DNA of 64,000 bases from Candidatus Multivorans sp. (lineage in GTDB: Bacteria > Acidobacteriota > Thermoanaerobaculia > Multivoradales > Multivoraceae), in assembly GCA_965247095.1 (NCBI GenBank), contig OZ251997.1, forward strand, positions 736,001-800,000, read 5' to 3'. A program made the position numbers and the translations under genes. Shown here piece after piece: positions 1 to 10,591 of the stretch. Within the stretch, counting starts at the first letter, position 1. The number at the start of each line of letters is the position of its first letter. The notes under the pieces are model-generated. The model was not told where the DNA came from and did not search any database. It saw nothing but the letters and a program-made list of their open reading frames with translations.

Positions 1-628
1 CGCCGATCACGTCGCTGTGGCCGTTCAGATACTTGGTCGTCGAGTGGATCACCGCATCGGCCCCCCACTCGATCGGCCGCTGGAGTGCGGGCGACATGAA
101 GGTGTTGTCGGCGACGACCAGCGCGCCGGCCCGTTTTGCGTGCCGGCAGACGGCTTCCAGATCGGTGATCCGAAGCAGCGGGTTGCTCGGCGTCTCGACC
201 AGGACCAGCTTCGGGCGGGAAGCGAGAGCCGCCGCCATGGCCTTCGCGTCCGTCAGGTCGACGAACTCGACCTGGAGCAGGCCGCGCCGCTGGAGCTGGT
301 CGAAGAGCCGGAACGTGCCGCCGTAGCAGTCGTGCGCGGCGACGACCCGGTCGCCCGGGTCGAGCAGTTGGCACACCAGAGTGACCGCGGCCATGCCGGA
401 GGCGGTGACGACCGCGCCCTGGCCGCCCTCGGCCTCCGCGAGCGCCTCGGCGAGTGCGGAGCGCGTCGGGTTGCCGGAGCGCGTGTAGTCGTACGGCCGC
501 TTGCCGTCCAGCCCGGTAAATGTGAAGTTGGCCGACAGGTGGAGCGGCGGAACGACCGCGCCGTGCTGCGTGTCGGTCGCGAGCGCCGCCCGCACGGCGC
601 GGGTTGCCGGGTGGTGGTTCGAAGTCAT
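1..628 (-). CDS. metB: Cystathionine gamma-synthase / Cys-Met PLP-dependent enzyme (5' part; runs off the window start)
   Basis: Manual translation from ATG at 628: MTSNHHPATRAVRAALATDTQHGAVVPPLHLSANFTF...YDYTRSGNPTR, later WLETPSNP. Not in the ORF track because the stop lies outside the window. Sits downstream of a SAM riboswitch. Confidence 0.9.
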   Translation of the reverse strand, partial: MTSNHHPATRAVRAALATDTQHGAVVPPLHLSANFTFTGLDGKRPYDYTRSGNPTRSALAEALAEAEGGQGAVVTASGMAAVTLVCQLLDPGDRVVAAHDCYGGTFRLFDQLQRRGLLQVEFVDLTDAKAMAAALASRPKLVLVETPSNPLLRITDLEAVCRHAKRAGALVVADNTFMSPALQRPIEWGADAVIHSTTKYLNGHSDVIG

Positions 629-755
629 GTGAGTCTCCGGCCGAGAAGGGGGTTGGTGGGTCTCGCAAGCGAGACGGATTCAACGCTCTCTCAAGAAGAC
701 TTCTACGGAGAGTGAACCGGAGGAGGCGCCGAGTCCGCGGAGTGCGGCTCGTTGG

Positions 756-876
756 CTCATCTCTCGGTAGCCCCAAAGGAGGGACTCCCGTAGGAGTTGG
801 CACCTTCCCGAGGTTGCGAAGCCCCGGTGGTTGCCCCGGCTTCAACGGGCCCAATCCCTCGGCCGGTCTCGATGAG
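756..876 (-). ncRNA. SAM-I (S-box) riboswitch
   Basis: Minus strand reads CTCATCGAGACCGGCCGAGGGATTGGGCCCGTTGAAGCCGGGGCAACC...GGTGCCAACTCC...GAGATGAG: P1 CTCATC/GATGAG plus the GAGGGA, GCAACC and GGTGCCAA conserved blocks, upstream of metB. Confidence 0.92.
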
Positions 877-1095
877 TGCTCCGGCGACGGGAACCGCAAC
901 GGAGCGCCGGTGATGGTAGCAGATCGCCAATTGGGGCGTTGGCAAGGTCGGAGCAGGTGGCCTGCTATACTGCCGTCACCCGCGGACCGAACCACGGTCG
1001 ACGTTGATTGAAGTGCAGCGCCGACCGTTCTCGCTTTTTTTGACTTGGTTGCCCGCACTTCCAGTTCCGGGAGTGCATTCACTAGGAGACTTGGG

Positions 1096-4000
1096 ATGAG
1101 GAACTTGGCTGATCGTATCTTGGCGCACGCTCTCCCCGCGCTTGCTCTTGTCTTGTGTGCATCCGGCGCCTGGGCGCAGGCCACGGGCCAATTGAGCGGC
1201 TTCGTCACCAACAACGAGGGCGACGCCCTGCCGGGCGTCAGCGTCACGGTGACCAACGTCGCCACGAATCAGTCCCGACTGGCGATGACCGGCCAGGACG
1301 GGTACTTCGCGGCGCCGCTGCTGCCGCCGGGCGACTACAACGTCACGGCGGCGCTTGAGGGCTTCGTCCAGTTGAGCCAGGAAGGCGTCCGGGTCACCGC
1401 CGCCGAGAACGCCCGGATCAGCATGGCGCTCTCGGTCGGCGAGTTCTCGGAGACGATGACGGTCACCGGCGAGACACCGCTGATCGAGACCTCGAACGCG
1501 ACCTTGGGCATCGTCGTCGACGAGGTGAAGATCGTCCAGCTACCGCTCAACGGCCGGAACTTCACCCAGTTGGGCACCCTGATCCCAGGTGTGGTCGAGC
1601 CGCCGGCCCGCCTCGGCGGTGCGCGCGGCGACGCGGACGCCGGGATCAACGGGTTCGGCGCCGTCACCGCTGGCTTCAGCGTCAACGGCGTGCGCAGCCA
1701 GTCGAACAACTTCCTGCTCGACGGGGCCGCGAACAACGACACCTTCAACACCGGTTTCGTGGTGCGGCCGCCTCCCGATGCGATCGAGGAGTTCAAGATC
1801 CTGACCCACTCCTACACGGCGGAGTTCGGCCGCAGCGCCGGCTCGATCGTCAACGTGGTGACCAAGTCGGGCGGCAACAGCCTCCAGGGCAGCGTGTGGG
1901 AGTTCAACCGCGACGATTCGTTCGAGTCTCGGAACTACTTCTCGCCCCCGGATCAGGACAAGCCGACGTTGGCGCAGGACCAGTTCGGCGGCAGCATGGG
2001 CGGGCCGATGATCACGGACAGGCTGTTCGGCTTTGGCTACTACGAGGGATTCCGCAACACGCGCGGCACGACCCAGAACATCGCCGTCATGTCCCCCGCG
2101 CAGCGCATGGGGGACTTCTCCGGCGGCAACACGATCAATGATCCGATGACCGGCGATCCCTTCCCGGGCAACGTGATCCCGGCCGACCGGCTGAGCCCGA
2201 TTGCGGTCAGGCTGATCAACGACTTCATGCCGCTCGCGAACGTGGGCGGCCGGTACATCGTGTCGCCCGACGTGACCGACGACCGCGACCAGTTCGGGCT
2301 GCGGCTGGACTACCGGATCGCGGACTCGCAGAACGTCCTGCTGCGTGTGCTCAGGAGCAACTCGGACCGCTTCGAGCCGCCCACGGTGCGGCCGACCGGC
2401 AACGCGGCGGCGGCGCAACTCGACGACTACATGCTGTCCCATACCGCCACGGCGGGGTCGAACGTCTTCAACCAGGTGCGGCTGCTGTCGAGCCGGATCG
2501 ACGCGGAGCCGGTAGTCACCAGCGGCCTCACGAATTCCGAGTACGGCATCAACCTGCCGAACATCAACGAGTTGGCGATCGGTCTGCCGCAGTTCTCGAT
2601 CTCGGGCTTCCCGAGCATGGGCGATCGCAGCCAGCCCTTCGTCAAGCGGGAGAACGAGGTCGATCAGTTCACGGACGACCTCACGATCCTGCGCGGCCGC
2701 CACACGATCAAGACGGGCGTGGACGTGCGCAAGGAGAAGATGTTCATCGGCTTCATCAACCGGCCGAACGGCGACTTCACCTTCAACGGCCGCCACACCG
2801 GCAGCGCCGCGGCCGACTTCCTGCTCGGGCTGCCCTCGCGGGTCCGCACCGCGGTGCCGGGCGCCGACTCGATCAACGAGGGCGATGGCTGGCTGTACTC
2901 CGGGTACCTCCAGGACGAGATCCGGGTCACGCCGCGGATGACCCTGAATCTCGGCCTCAGGTACGAGTTGGCAACGCCCTTCGAGGACAGCGGCGATGGG
3001 CTGAACAGCTTCCGGCCCGGCCAGCAGTCCACGCGCTTCCCGGATGCCCCCACCGGCCTGGTCTACCCGGGCGACGCGGGGGTGCCGAAGGGAACGTACG
3101 ACACGGACTCGAACAACTTCGCGCCGCGGCTGGCGCTGGTCTGGGATCCCGAGGGCGAAGGCCGCTCGAGCGTCCGCGCCGGCTGGGGGCTGTTCTTCGA
3201 CAGCCTGCCGGGCCAGGGCGACTTCTTCCAGAACTCGGTCCTGGCGCCGCCGTTCAACCCGCTGGTCCAGCTCGACGCGCCGCCCACGGTGGTGACCCTT
3301 GCGGACCCGCTCGCGAACCTCGAAGGCGGCCCGACGAGTTTTCCGCCAGGGATCATCTTCATCGGCTGGGGCTCGGAGTTCACCACGCCGAACTACCAGC
3401 ACTTCAACCTCACCTATCAGCGCCAGCTCGGGCAGAACATCGGCCTCGAGGTGGGCTGGGTCGGGTCGCGGGGCCGGAACCTGCCGATCTTCATGGAGGT
3501 CAATCCGCGGGTGGTCGAGCCTGGCCAGACCACGCTCGGGCCGCGCACCTTCCGGGCTTTCAGCCTGGTGCGGCCGACCTTCACGGTGGCGAAGTCCTCG
3601 TACGACGCGTTGCAGGCGAGTGTGCGGATGCGGCCCACCCGCGGCCTCAACTTCCTCTTCTCGTACACCTACGGCCATGCGGAAGATCACGTCTCGGGGC
3701 TCAACATCGGCGGCGAGGAGCGGCCGATCGTTCCGGTCGACCTGGAGCGGCCGAGTTCGATCGACCGGGCGCTGGAGCGTGAGCGGGGCGATGCGCTGTT
3801 CGATGTCCGGCACCGGCTGGTGCTCAGCTTCGGCTACGACCTGCCGTCGCTCGAGAACAGCAGCGGCTTCGTGCGCGGACTGTTCGGCAACTGGCAGTTG
3901 AACGGCATCCTCCAGTCCCAGACCGGGTACCCGTTCCCGATCAGGGTGCGCGGCGACGACATCCGGGGTCTGACCTCGCGACCGGATCAGGTTTGCGACC

Positions 4001-4335
4001 CGAACCAGGGTGCGCCGAACACGGTCGACAAGTGGTTCAACACGGAGTGCTTCGTGCCGCTGAGCCTGGCCGAGACCGCCACGCGGCACGGCAACGCCCG
4101 CCGGAACACCATCCGCGGACCGGACTTCGAGCGCATCGACCTGTCGCTGATCAAGAACGTCCCGCTGGGCGGTGGAGACCGTTCGCTGCAGCTCCGGGTC
4201 GAGGCGTTCAACGTCTTCGACCGGGTCAACTTCGCCCAGCCGGGGAACCGGGTCGGAGACCGGGGCTACGGCGCCATTACGTCGACCAACGGTGACGGAA
4301 GGATCGTGCAGCTCGGGGTCAAGTACAACTTCTGA
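1096..4335 (+). CDS. TonB-dependent receptor (Oar-like, carboxypeptidase-regulatory-like N-domain)
   Basis: Signal peptide ending AWAQ, LPLNGRNF, NNFLLDG, AIEEFKILT..Y.AEFGR motifs, C-terminal QLGVKYNF; AGGAG RBS before ATG 1096. Confidence 0.92.
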   Translation: MRNLADRILAHALPALALVLCASGAWAQATGQLSGFVTNNEGDALPGVSVTVTNVATNQSRLAMTGQDGYFAAPLLPPGDYNVTAALEGFVQLSQEGVRVTAAENARISMALSVGEFSETMTVTGETPLIETSNATLGIVVDEVKIVQLPLNGRNFTQLGTLIPGVVEPPARLGGARGDADAGINGFGAVTAGFSVNGVRSQSNNFLLDGAANNDTFNTGFVVRPPPDAIEEFKILTHSYTAEFGRSAGSIVNVVTKSGGNSLQGSVWEFNRDDSFESRNYFSPPDQDKPTLAQDQFGGSMGGPMITDRLFGFGYYEGFRNTRGTTQNIAVMSPAQRMGDFSGGNTINDPMTGDPFPGNVIPADRLSPIAVRLINDFMPLANVGGRYIVSPDVTDDRDQFGLRLDYRIADSQNVLLRVLRSNSDRFEPPTVRPTGNAAAAQLDDYMLSHTATAGSNVFNQVRLLSSRIDAEPVVTSGLTNSEYGINLPNINELAIGLPQFSISGFPSMGDRSQPFVKRENEVDQFTDDLTILRGRHTIKTGVDVRKEKMFIGFINRPNGDFTFNGRHTGSAAADFLLGLPSRVRTAVPGADSINEGDGWLYSGYLQDEIRVTPRMTLNLGLRYELATPFEDSGDGLNSFRPGQQSTRFPDAPTGLVYPGDAGVPKGTYDTDSNNFAPRLALVWDPEGEGRSSVRAGWGLFFDSLPGQGDFFQNSVLAPPFNPLVQLDAPPTVVTLADPLANLEGGPTSFPPGIIFIGWGSEFTTPNYQHFNLTYQRQLGQNIGLEVGWVGSRGRNLPIFMEVNPRVVEPGQTTLGPRTFRAFSLVRPTFTVAKSSYDALQASVRMRPTRGLNFLFSYTYGHAEDHVSGLNIGGEERPIVPVDLERPSSIDRALERERGDALFDVRHRLVLSFGYDLPSLENSSGFVRGLFGNWQLNGILQSQTGYPFPIRVRGDDIRGLTSRPDQVCDPNQGAPNTVDKWFNTECFVPLSLAETATRHGNARRNTIRGPDFERIDLSLIKNVPLGGGDRSLQLRVEAFNVFDRVNFAQPGNRVGDRGYGAITSTNGDGRIVQLGVKYNF

Positions 4336-4348
4336 TCAGCCGGGGCTC

Positions 4349-4381
4349 TCGCCCGCATCCTGAAGCCCGGGGTGCGGGCGA
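4349..4381. terminator. Hairpin between convergent genes (shares core with the REP-like family)
   Basis: TCGCCCGCATCC...GGGGTGCGGGCGA inverted repeat between stops at 4335 and 4393; no U-tract. Confidence 0.45.
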
Positions 4382-4392
4382 CTCGCCGGCGC

Positions 4393-4677
4393 TCAGCCGG
4401 TCGGGTTCGCCTTGCCCTGGTGTACGAACCAGAGGTTGCGGGAGTAGACGAGTAGACCGAAGCTTTGGCCCGCGATGAAGACCGGATCGCGCCGCCACAG
4501 GGCGTAGCTTAGAAGCACCAGGCCGCCGCCCAGACTCAGGTACCAGAAGACAGTCGGGACGACGCTCTGCCGGCGGCGCTCCGTGGCGATCCACTGGACG
4601 AGAAAGCGGGAGGCGAAGAGGGCCTGCCCGCCGAAGCCGATGGCTATCCAGAGGTTCTCGAGCGTGAGTGACGGCAT
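4393..4677 (-). CDS. Lipid A biosynthesis N-terminal (LAB_N) domain membrane protein
   Basis: GFGGQALFASRFLVQW..SVVP..FWYLSL.G...DPVFI.GQ...VY.RNL motif. Confidence 0.88.
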   Translation of the reverse strand: MPSLTLENLWIAIGFGGQALFASRFLVQWIATERRRQSVVPTVFWYLSLGGGLVLLSYALWRRDPVFIAGQSFGLLVYSRNLWFVHQGKANPTG

Positions 4678-5396
4678 GGTGGGCTCTCCAGGGGGTGGGC
4701 GGTGGCGGAAACGGCGCGCCGTCGGTACCAGGAGACGCCGAACAGGTCCAGGACGCCGCGCAGGAAGCGGCCGCGGATGTTGTACTTGCTCTTGCCGCGA
4801 GTGCGCGGACGGTGTCCAATCGGGATCTCAGCGTAGTTGCCGCCGTGCCTCAAGGCCAGCACTGGCAGGAAGCGGTGCAGGCCGTCGAAGGCGGGCAGGT
4901 CGTCGACGACGGCGGCGCGGTAGCCCTTGAGCGCGCAGCCGATGTCGGTGCAGGGGTCGCCGAGGACCAGTCGCCGGGCCCGGTTGGAGACCCGGCTCGC
5001 CAGTCGTCGCGGAAGTGTGTCGCGGCGCTTCGCCCGGATGCCCGATGCCACATCGTGGTCCTCAAGGAGAGCAACGATGGTCGGAATGTCGGCGGGGTCG
5101 TTCTGCAGATCGGCGTCCATGGTCACGATCAGAGGCGCGCGCGCGGCGCGTATCCCCACGAGCAGGGCCGCCGACTGGCCGGCGTGACGGTCGAGGCTGA
5201 AGATTCGCACCCTCGCATCGCTCTCTGCCAGTGCAGCGAGTTCGTCGCGGCTGCCGTCCGTGCTCAGGTCGTCAACGAGGATCAACTCGTAGTCGAAGCC
5301 AGCGGCGACCATTGCGTCGGCTGTCTCTCCGGCCAGACGTTTCAAGTTACCCGCTTCGTTGAAGACGGGGGCGACGATTGAGAGCTGCGGCGTCAT
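4644..5396 (-). CDS. Glycosyltransferase family 2 (polyprenol-phosphate glycosyltransferase, ArnC/DPM-like)
   Basis: LSIVAPVFNE, VDDLSTDGS, MDADLQNDP, HRFLP, HRPR..G.SKY; usual partner of LAB_N. Confidence 0.88.
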   Translation of the reverse strand: MTPQLSIVAPVFNEAGNLKRLAGETADAMVAAGFDYELILVDDLSTDGSRDELAALAESDARVRIFSLDRHAGQSAALLVGIRAARAPLIVTMDADLQNDPADIPTIVALLEDHDVASGIRAKRRDTLPRRLASRVSNRARRLVLGDPCTDIGCALKGYRAAVVDDLPAFDGLHRFLPVLALRHGGNYAEIPIGHRPRTRGKSKYNIRGRFLRGVLDLFGVSWYRRRAVSATAHPLESPPCRHSRSRTSG

Positions 5397-5418
5397 GGCG
5401 GTACTTTCGCGAATCCTA

Positions 5419-6066
5419 GTGGTTTCCGTTGATACCCTGCCGCCCGTGCTGCTCATCGTGCGCCACGGCGAGACCGCCTCGAACGCGGCCCGGATCGTTC
5501 AGGTGCCGGAGACGCCGCTCAACCAGCGAGGCATGGCGCAGGCGGAGCGCCTGGCGGCGAGGCTGGTGAACCATCACCGGGAGCGTCCCATCGGGTGCGT
5601 CGTTGCCAGCCACCTGCGACGCGCCGAGATGACCGCCGAGCCGGTGGCCGCGGCTCTCGGCCTGCCGCTGATCATCGAGCCCCTGCTAGCCGAGCGCAAC
5701 TTCGGCGACCTGCGTGGAAGGGCGTACGCCGACCTCGGTCTCGACATCATGGAACCCGGCTACGAACCGCCGGCGGGGGAGGACTGGCCGTCGTTCCACC
5801 GGCGGGTCACCCGGGCCTGGAGCAGGATTCGTGAGCTCGCCCGGGCAACCGAAGGCGACAGCGTCTTCGTCACCCACGGCCTCGTCTGCCACTCCCTGGC
5901 GCTGCATCACCTGGTTCTTGGCGACGGTGTGGAGCAGCCCGATCGTTGGGGAAACACCTCGGTCACCCACGTCGAGGATCGGGCGCCGTGGAGAGCGACC
6001 CGGATCAACTGCTGCGACCACCTCGACGCGACGACCGCCGACGGCGGTCAGATGTCCGGCATCTGA
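5419..6066 (+). CDS. Histidine phosphatase (phosphoglycerate mutase-like) family
   Basis: RHGET catalytic motif, L.ERNFG, VTHG; start codon uncertain. Confidence 0.85.
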   Translation: MVSVDTLPPVLLIVRHGETASNAARIVQVPETPLNQRGMAQAERLAARLVNHHRERPIGCVVASHLRRAEMTAEPVAAALGLPLIIEPLLAERNFGDLRGRAYADLGLDIMEPGYEPPAGEDWPSFHRRVTRAWSRIRELARATEGDSVFVTHGLVCHSLALHHLVLGDGVEQPDRWGNTSVTHVEDRAPWRATRINCCDHLDATTADGGQMSGI

Positions 6067-6264
6067 CGCCGCCACGGCGGCGCCCCGACCGCGCCGATCC
6101 TTCAGCCGTCGGACCGGGGCTCGGATAAAGTTCCGGCGACCGCGCCGGCTCGGGAAGAACCGAGGCGGGTGGCGGGTTGGAGAAGGCGTGGACGGGGCCA
6201 CCCGTGCGCGAATCCGAGGCTTGTCCCTCCCTGGCCAGAACCCCTGCTGGCGCCCATCCAGGAA

Positions 6265-7353
<1,089 letters not shown>

Positions 7354-7374
7354 AGTCGCTTCGGAGCGCGATCG

Positions 7375-8376
7375 ATGTGGTTCTTCCGGCGTAACGAAAC
7401 CGCGGACCAGGAGCGGCAGGAGGCGACCCTCTCGCCTGAGCTGCTGGCGCGGATCAAGACGATCCAGCTTCGCACCCAGCGCCTGGTGACCGACGCCCTC
7501 GCGGGCGAGTACCACAGCGCCTTCAAGGGGCGGGGCATGGAGTTCGAGCAGGTGCGCGAGTACACGGCGGGGGACGACATCCGCCACATCGACTGGAACG
7601 TGACGGCGAGGATGTCGAGCCCCTTCGTCAAGGAGCACCGGGAGGAGCGGGAGCTGACAGTCATGCTGATCGTCGACGTCAGTTCGTCGGGCGCCTTCGG
7701 CACCGCTGAGAAGCAGAAGCGCGAGGTCGTCGCCGAAGTCGCCGCCGTGCTCGCCTACCTCGCGATCCAGAACAACGACCGGGTGGGGATGATCATCTTC
7801 TCGGACCGGATCGAGCACTTCATTCCGCCCAAGAAGGGACGTTCCCACGTCTGGCGCGTGATCCGGGAGGTGCTGAGCTTCCGCCCGACGGGCCGGGGCA
7901 CCGACCTCGACGGCGCTCTGGACTACCTGGGCCGCGTGGTGAGGCGCCGGTCGGTGGGCTTCGTCATCTCGGACTTCCTGGACGAGGGCTTCGCCGAGCG
8001 CTTGCGCGTTGCGGCTCGCCGCCACGACCTGACCGCGATCCGTGTCCTTGACCAGCGCGAAGTCAGCCTGCCGCGGATGGGTCTGGTCGAACTCGAGGAC
8101 GCGGAGACCGGGGAGACGATCGTGATCGACACGGCGAGCCGGCGGGTTTCGGAGAGCTTCGCCCGTCTGGCCCGAGAGGATCTGAAGCGGCGTTCCGAGC
8201 AGTTCCGCCAGGCCGGCGTCGGCGAGATCCAGATCTGGGCGGACCGTCCATGGATTGATCCGATCGTCCGCTACCTGCGGGCGCGCGAACACGGATGGCG
8301 CGATCCCGCGCCATCCGTGAACCAGTCCGTGGGCCCGTCATCGGGCGCACGGATGGCACAGACGGTGCGGACGTAG
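7375..8376 (+). CDS. DUF58 / vWA-like MoxR partner protein
   Basis: GEYHSAFKGRGMEFEQVREY..GDDIRHIDWNVTAR, VDVSSS; position after moxR. Confidence 0.92.
   Translation: MWFFRRNETADQERQEATLSPELLARIKTIQLRTQRLVTDALAGEYHSAFKGRGMEFEQVREYTAGDDIRHIDWNVTARMSSPFVKEHREERELTVMLIVDVSSSGAFGTAEKQKREVVAEVAAVLAYLAIQNNDRVGMIIFSDRIEHFIPPKKGRSHVWRVIREVLSFRPTGRGTDLDGALDYLGRVVRRRSVGFVISDFLDEGFAERLRVAARRHDLTAIRVLDQREVSLPRMGLVELEDAETGETIVIDTASRRVSESFARLAREDLKRRSEQFRQAGVGEIQIWADRPWIDPIVRYLRAREHGWRDPAPSVNQSVGPSSGARMAQTVRT
8290..8359 (+). repeat. Double-hairpin repeat family B (~66 bp); second copy at 9225-9291
   Basis: TGGCGCGA.CCCGCGCCA...GAACCAGTCCGTG.GCCCGTCATCGGGCGCACGGATGGCAC in both places. Confidence 0.88.
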
Positions 8377-8390
8377 GAGCGGGAGCGGAC

Positions 8391-9521
8391 GTGAGTTCGA
8401 ATCCTCACCTTCGTCGCGGGCGTGTCGCGGCGGCTGCCGCAGCGGCCGTGTTGGTGCTGCCTCTCCTGCTCGCGTGCGGGGCCGCGGACGAGCAGGCGGG
8501 CACCGGGGAGGCGCCGAAGCCGCCCGCCGAGCTGCGGGCCGCGGTCGACCGCGCCACCGCCACGACGGGCGACCTGATCACCTATGAAGTGGAAGTCGAG
8601 CGCGACCCGGACGTGAACGTCGAGTTGGCCGATCCCGGAATCGACATCGCGGGCTTCCGGATCGTTGACCTCGGCCAGGATTCGCCGGAGACTCTTGCGT
8701 CGGGCCGGATCCTGGAACGCCGCAGGTTCCAGCTCCGCGCCGATCTGGTCGGTTCCTACGTGCTGCCGGCACTCTCCGCTACCTACAGCGGTCCTGCCGG
8801 TGACGGGGGCGACCTCGAGACACCGGAGATCCCGGTTGAAGTCGAGTCGGTGCTGCCAGCGGACGGGACCGAGGTGACGGACATCCGCGACATCAAGCCG
8901 CTGCTGCGGGTCGGGAGCGGCAGGCCGTGGCTGTGGTGGCTCGGACTTGCCGTCGCGGTTCTCGCGCTGGCGATAGCGGCATGGTGGTGGCGCCGTCGCC
9001 GGGGAAGCGGGGGCGATGCTCCGGAAGTGCCTCGGATTCCGCCCTACGACCTGGCGATCCAGGAGTTGGAGCGGCTGCGGCGAACCGACTTATCGAACCT
9101 GCGGGAACTGCGCCGCTACTACTTCGCCGTCTCGGCGGTCGTTCGGGCGTACGTTGAGGGTCGCTTCGGCCTGAACGCGACCGACCTGACGACGGAGGAG
9201 ATCCTGAGCCGGTTGGGTGCACCCGGTTGGCGCGACCCCGCGCCAAGCGCGAACCAGTCCGTGCGCCCGTCATCGGGCGCACGGATGGCACTGATCCGGC
9301 TCGATCCGGTACAGGCGAAGCGCCTGGAGCGGTTCCTGGTCGCCACGGACCAGGTCAAGTTCGCGGCCCACCTGCCCCTGCCCGAGGAGATCGACCGCAC
9401 CTACGAGCAGGCTCTGGGCTTCGTGCGGGCGACCGGGAGGCCCAAGGACGATGCCGGCGACGACGGCGGCAACGCGGAGGCCCCTGCGTCGGCGCCTGAC
9501 CAGGCGGGGAAGGCGGCATGA
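8391..9521 (+). CDS. Bat-operon membrane protein (BatD-like/DUF4381-like), probable lipoprotein
   Basis: LLLAC lipobox, IRDIKP followed by a TM helix, R.Y.E.RF...A...TTEE, D.VKFA motifs; start uncertain. Confidence 0.7.
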   Translation: MSSNPHLRRGRVAAAAAAAVLVLPLLLACGAADEQAGTGEAPKPPAELRAAVDRATATTGDLITYEVEVERDPDVNVELADPGIDIAGFRIVDLGQDSPETLASGRILERRRFQLRADLVGSYVLPALSATYSGPAGDGGDLETPEIPVEVESVLPADGTEVTDIRDIKPLLRVGSGRPWLWWLGLAVAVLALAIAAWWWRRRRGSGGDAPEVPRIPPYDLAIQELERLRRTDLSNLRELRRYYFAVSAVVRAYVEGRFGLNATDLTTEEILSRLGAPGWRDPAPSANQSVRPSSGARMALIRLDPVQAKRLERFLVATDQVKFAAHLPLPEEIDRTYEQALGFVRATGRPKDDAGDDGGNAEAPASAPDQAGKAA

Positions 9522-10591
9522 ACGAGCAACTCCTGTTCGCCGATGCCCGCTGGCTTTGGGTGCTGCTGCCGCTGTACGTGATCTGGTCGCTCCTGTGGTG
9601 GCTTCGGCCGCGCTGGCGTCATCTGGCGGCGCGGCGCGGTTTCTCCATCGGACGGAAGGCAGCGGGCAGGACGGCCGTTGCCTACTCGTCGCTCGTGCAT
9701 GCGCGCCAGGCGGCGAGCTCGGGAACGCCGATGGCCCGTCGCCTGGTGTCGGTGCTGCGTCTCGTGGTCGTCGCCCTGGTGCTGCTCGCCGTGATGCGTC
9801 CCCAGACCGGGCGTGCGCTCACCGAGGTGAGCACGGAGGGCATCGACATCGTGCTCGTCATCGACACTTCGGGGTCGATGAGGGCGCTCGACCTCGACGC
9901 CCACGAGCGCTCGCTGAGTCGCCGGAGGGACCGTCTGGAGGTGGCCAAGGGAGTGGTCGAGACCTTCATCGCAGCCCGGCCGAACGACCGCATCGGCCTC
10001 GTCGTGTTCGGCGAGGAGGCCTTCACGCAGTGTCCGCTGACTCTCGACCACGGCATTGCCGCGACCTTCCTCGAGCAGTTGGAGATCGGCATGGCGGGCG
10101 ACGCCACGGCGATCGGATCGGCCGTCGGGGTGGCGACCAAGCGCCTCAAGGACTCGGAGGCCGAATCGAAGGTCGCGGTCCTGCTGACGGACGGCCGGAG
10201 CAACGCCGGCGCCCTGACGCCGCTGCGGTCCGCCGAGGCGGCGGCGGCGCTCGGGGTCAAGCTCTACACGATCGGCGTCGGCACCCGCGGTCAGGCGCCC
10301 ATCGTGGTGGAGACGCGGTTCGGTCCGCGCGTGGTCTACGAGGACGTGGAGATCGACGAGGACACTCTGCGGCAGATGGCGACTGTCACCGGCGGCGGCT
10401 ACTTCCGGGCCGAAGATGTGGCGGGGCTGGAGGAGATCTACGAGCGGATCGACGAACTCGAGAAGACCGAGATCACCCAGGAGTCCTACATGGAGTACGA
10501 GGAGAGTTTCGCCTGGCTGGTGACGCCGGCGGTGTTCCTGCTCCTGCTCGAAGTGGTGCTGCTCGACACCCGCCTGAGGAAGTTGCCGTGA
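9518..10591 (+). CDS. batA: BatA-like vWA domain protein
   Basis: EGIDIVLVIDTSGSM (MIDAS), DRIGLVVF...AFTQCPLTLD, LLTDGRSN, IDELEKTEI. Confidence 0.88.
   Translation: MNEQLLFADARWLWVLLPLYVIWSLLWWLRPRWRHLAARRGFSIGRKAAGRTAVAYSSLVHARQAASSGTPMARRLVSVLRLVVVALVLLAVMRPQTGRALTEVSTEGIDIVLVIDTSGSMRALDLDAHERSLSRRRDRLEVAKGVVETFIAARPNDRIGLVVFGEEAFTQCPLTLDHGIAATFLEQLEIGMAGDATAIGSAVGVATKRLKDSEAESKVAVLLTDGRSNAGALTPLRSAEAAAALGVKLYTIGVGTRGQAPIVVETRFGPRVVYEDVEIDEDTLRQMATVTGGGYFRAEDVAGLEEIYERIDELEKTEITQESYMEYEESFAWLVTPAVFLLLLEVVLLDTRLRKLP

Noticed and set aside
940-955. Sigma-54 promoter (GG-N10-GC) upstream of the TonB receptor
   Set aside because: Poor match to TGGCAC-N5-TTGC; an extended -10 (TGCTATACT, 963-971) is the simpler explanation.
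1540-4089. Long antisense or alternate-frame ORFs (also 5686-8292, 32309-34510, 46633-48249, 57687-60173, 17-715)
   Set aside because: Shadow ORFs expected from high-GC codon bias opposite well-supported genes; no family motifs.
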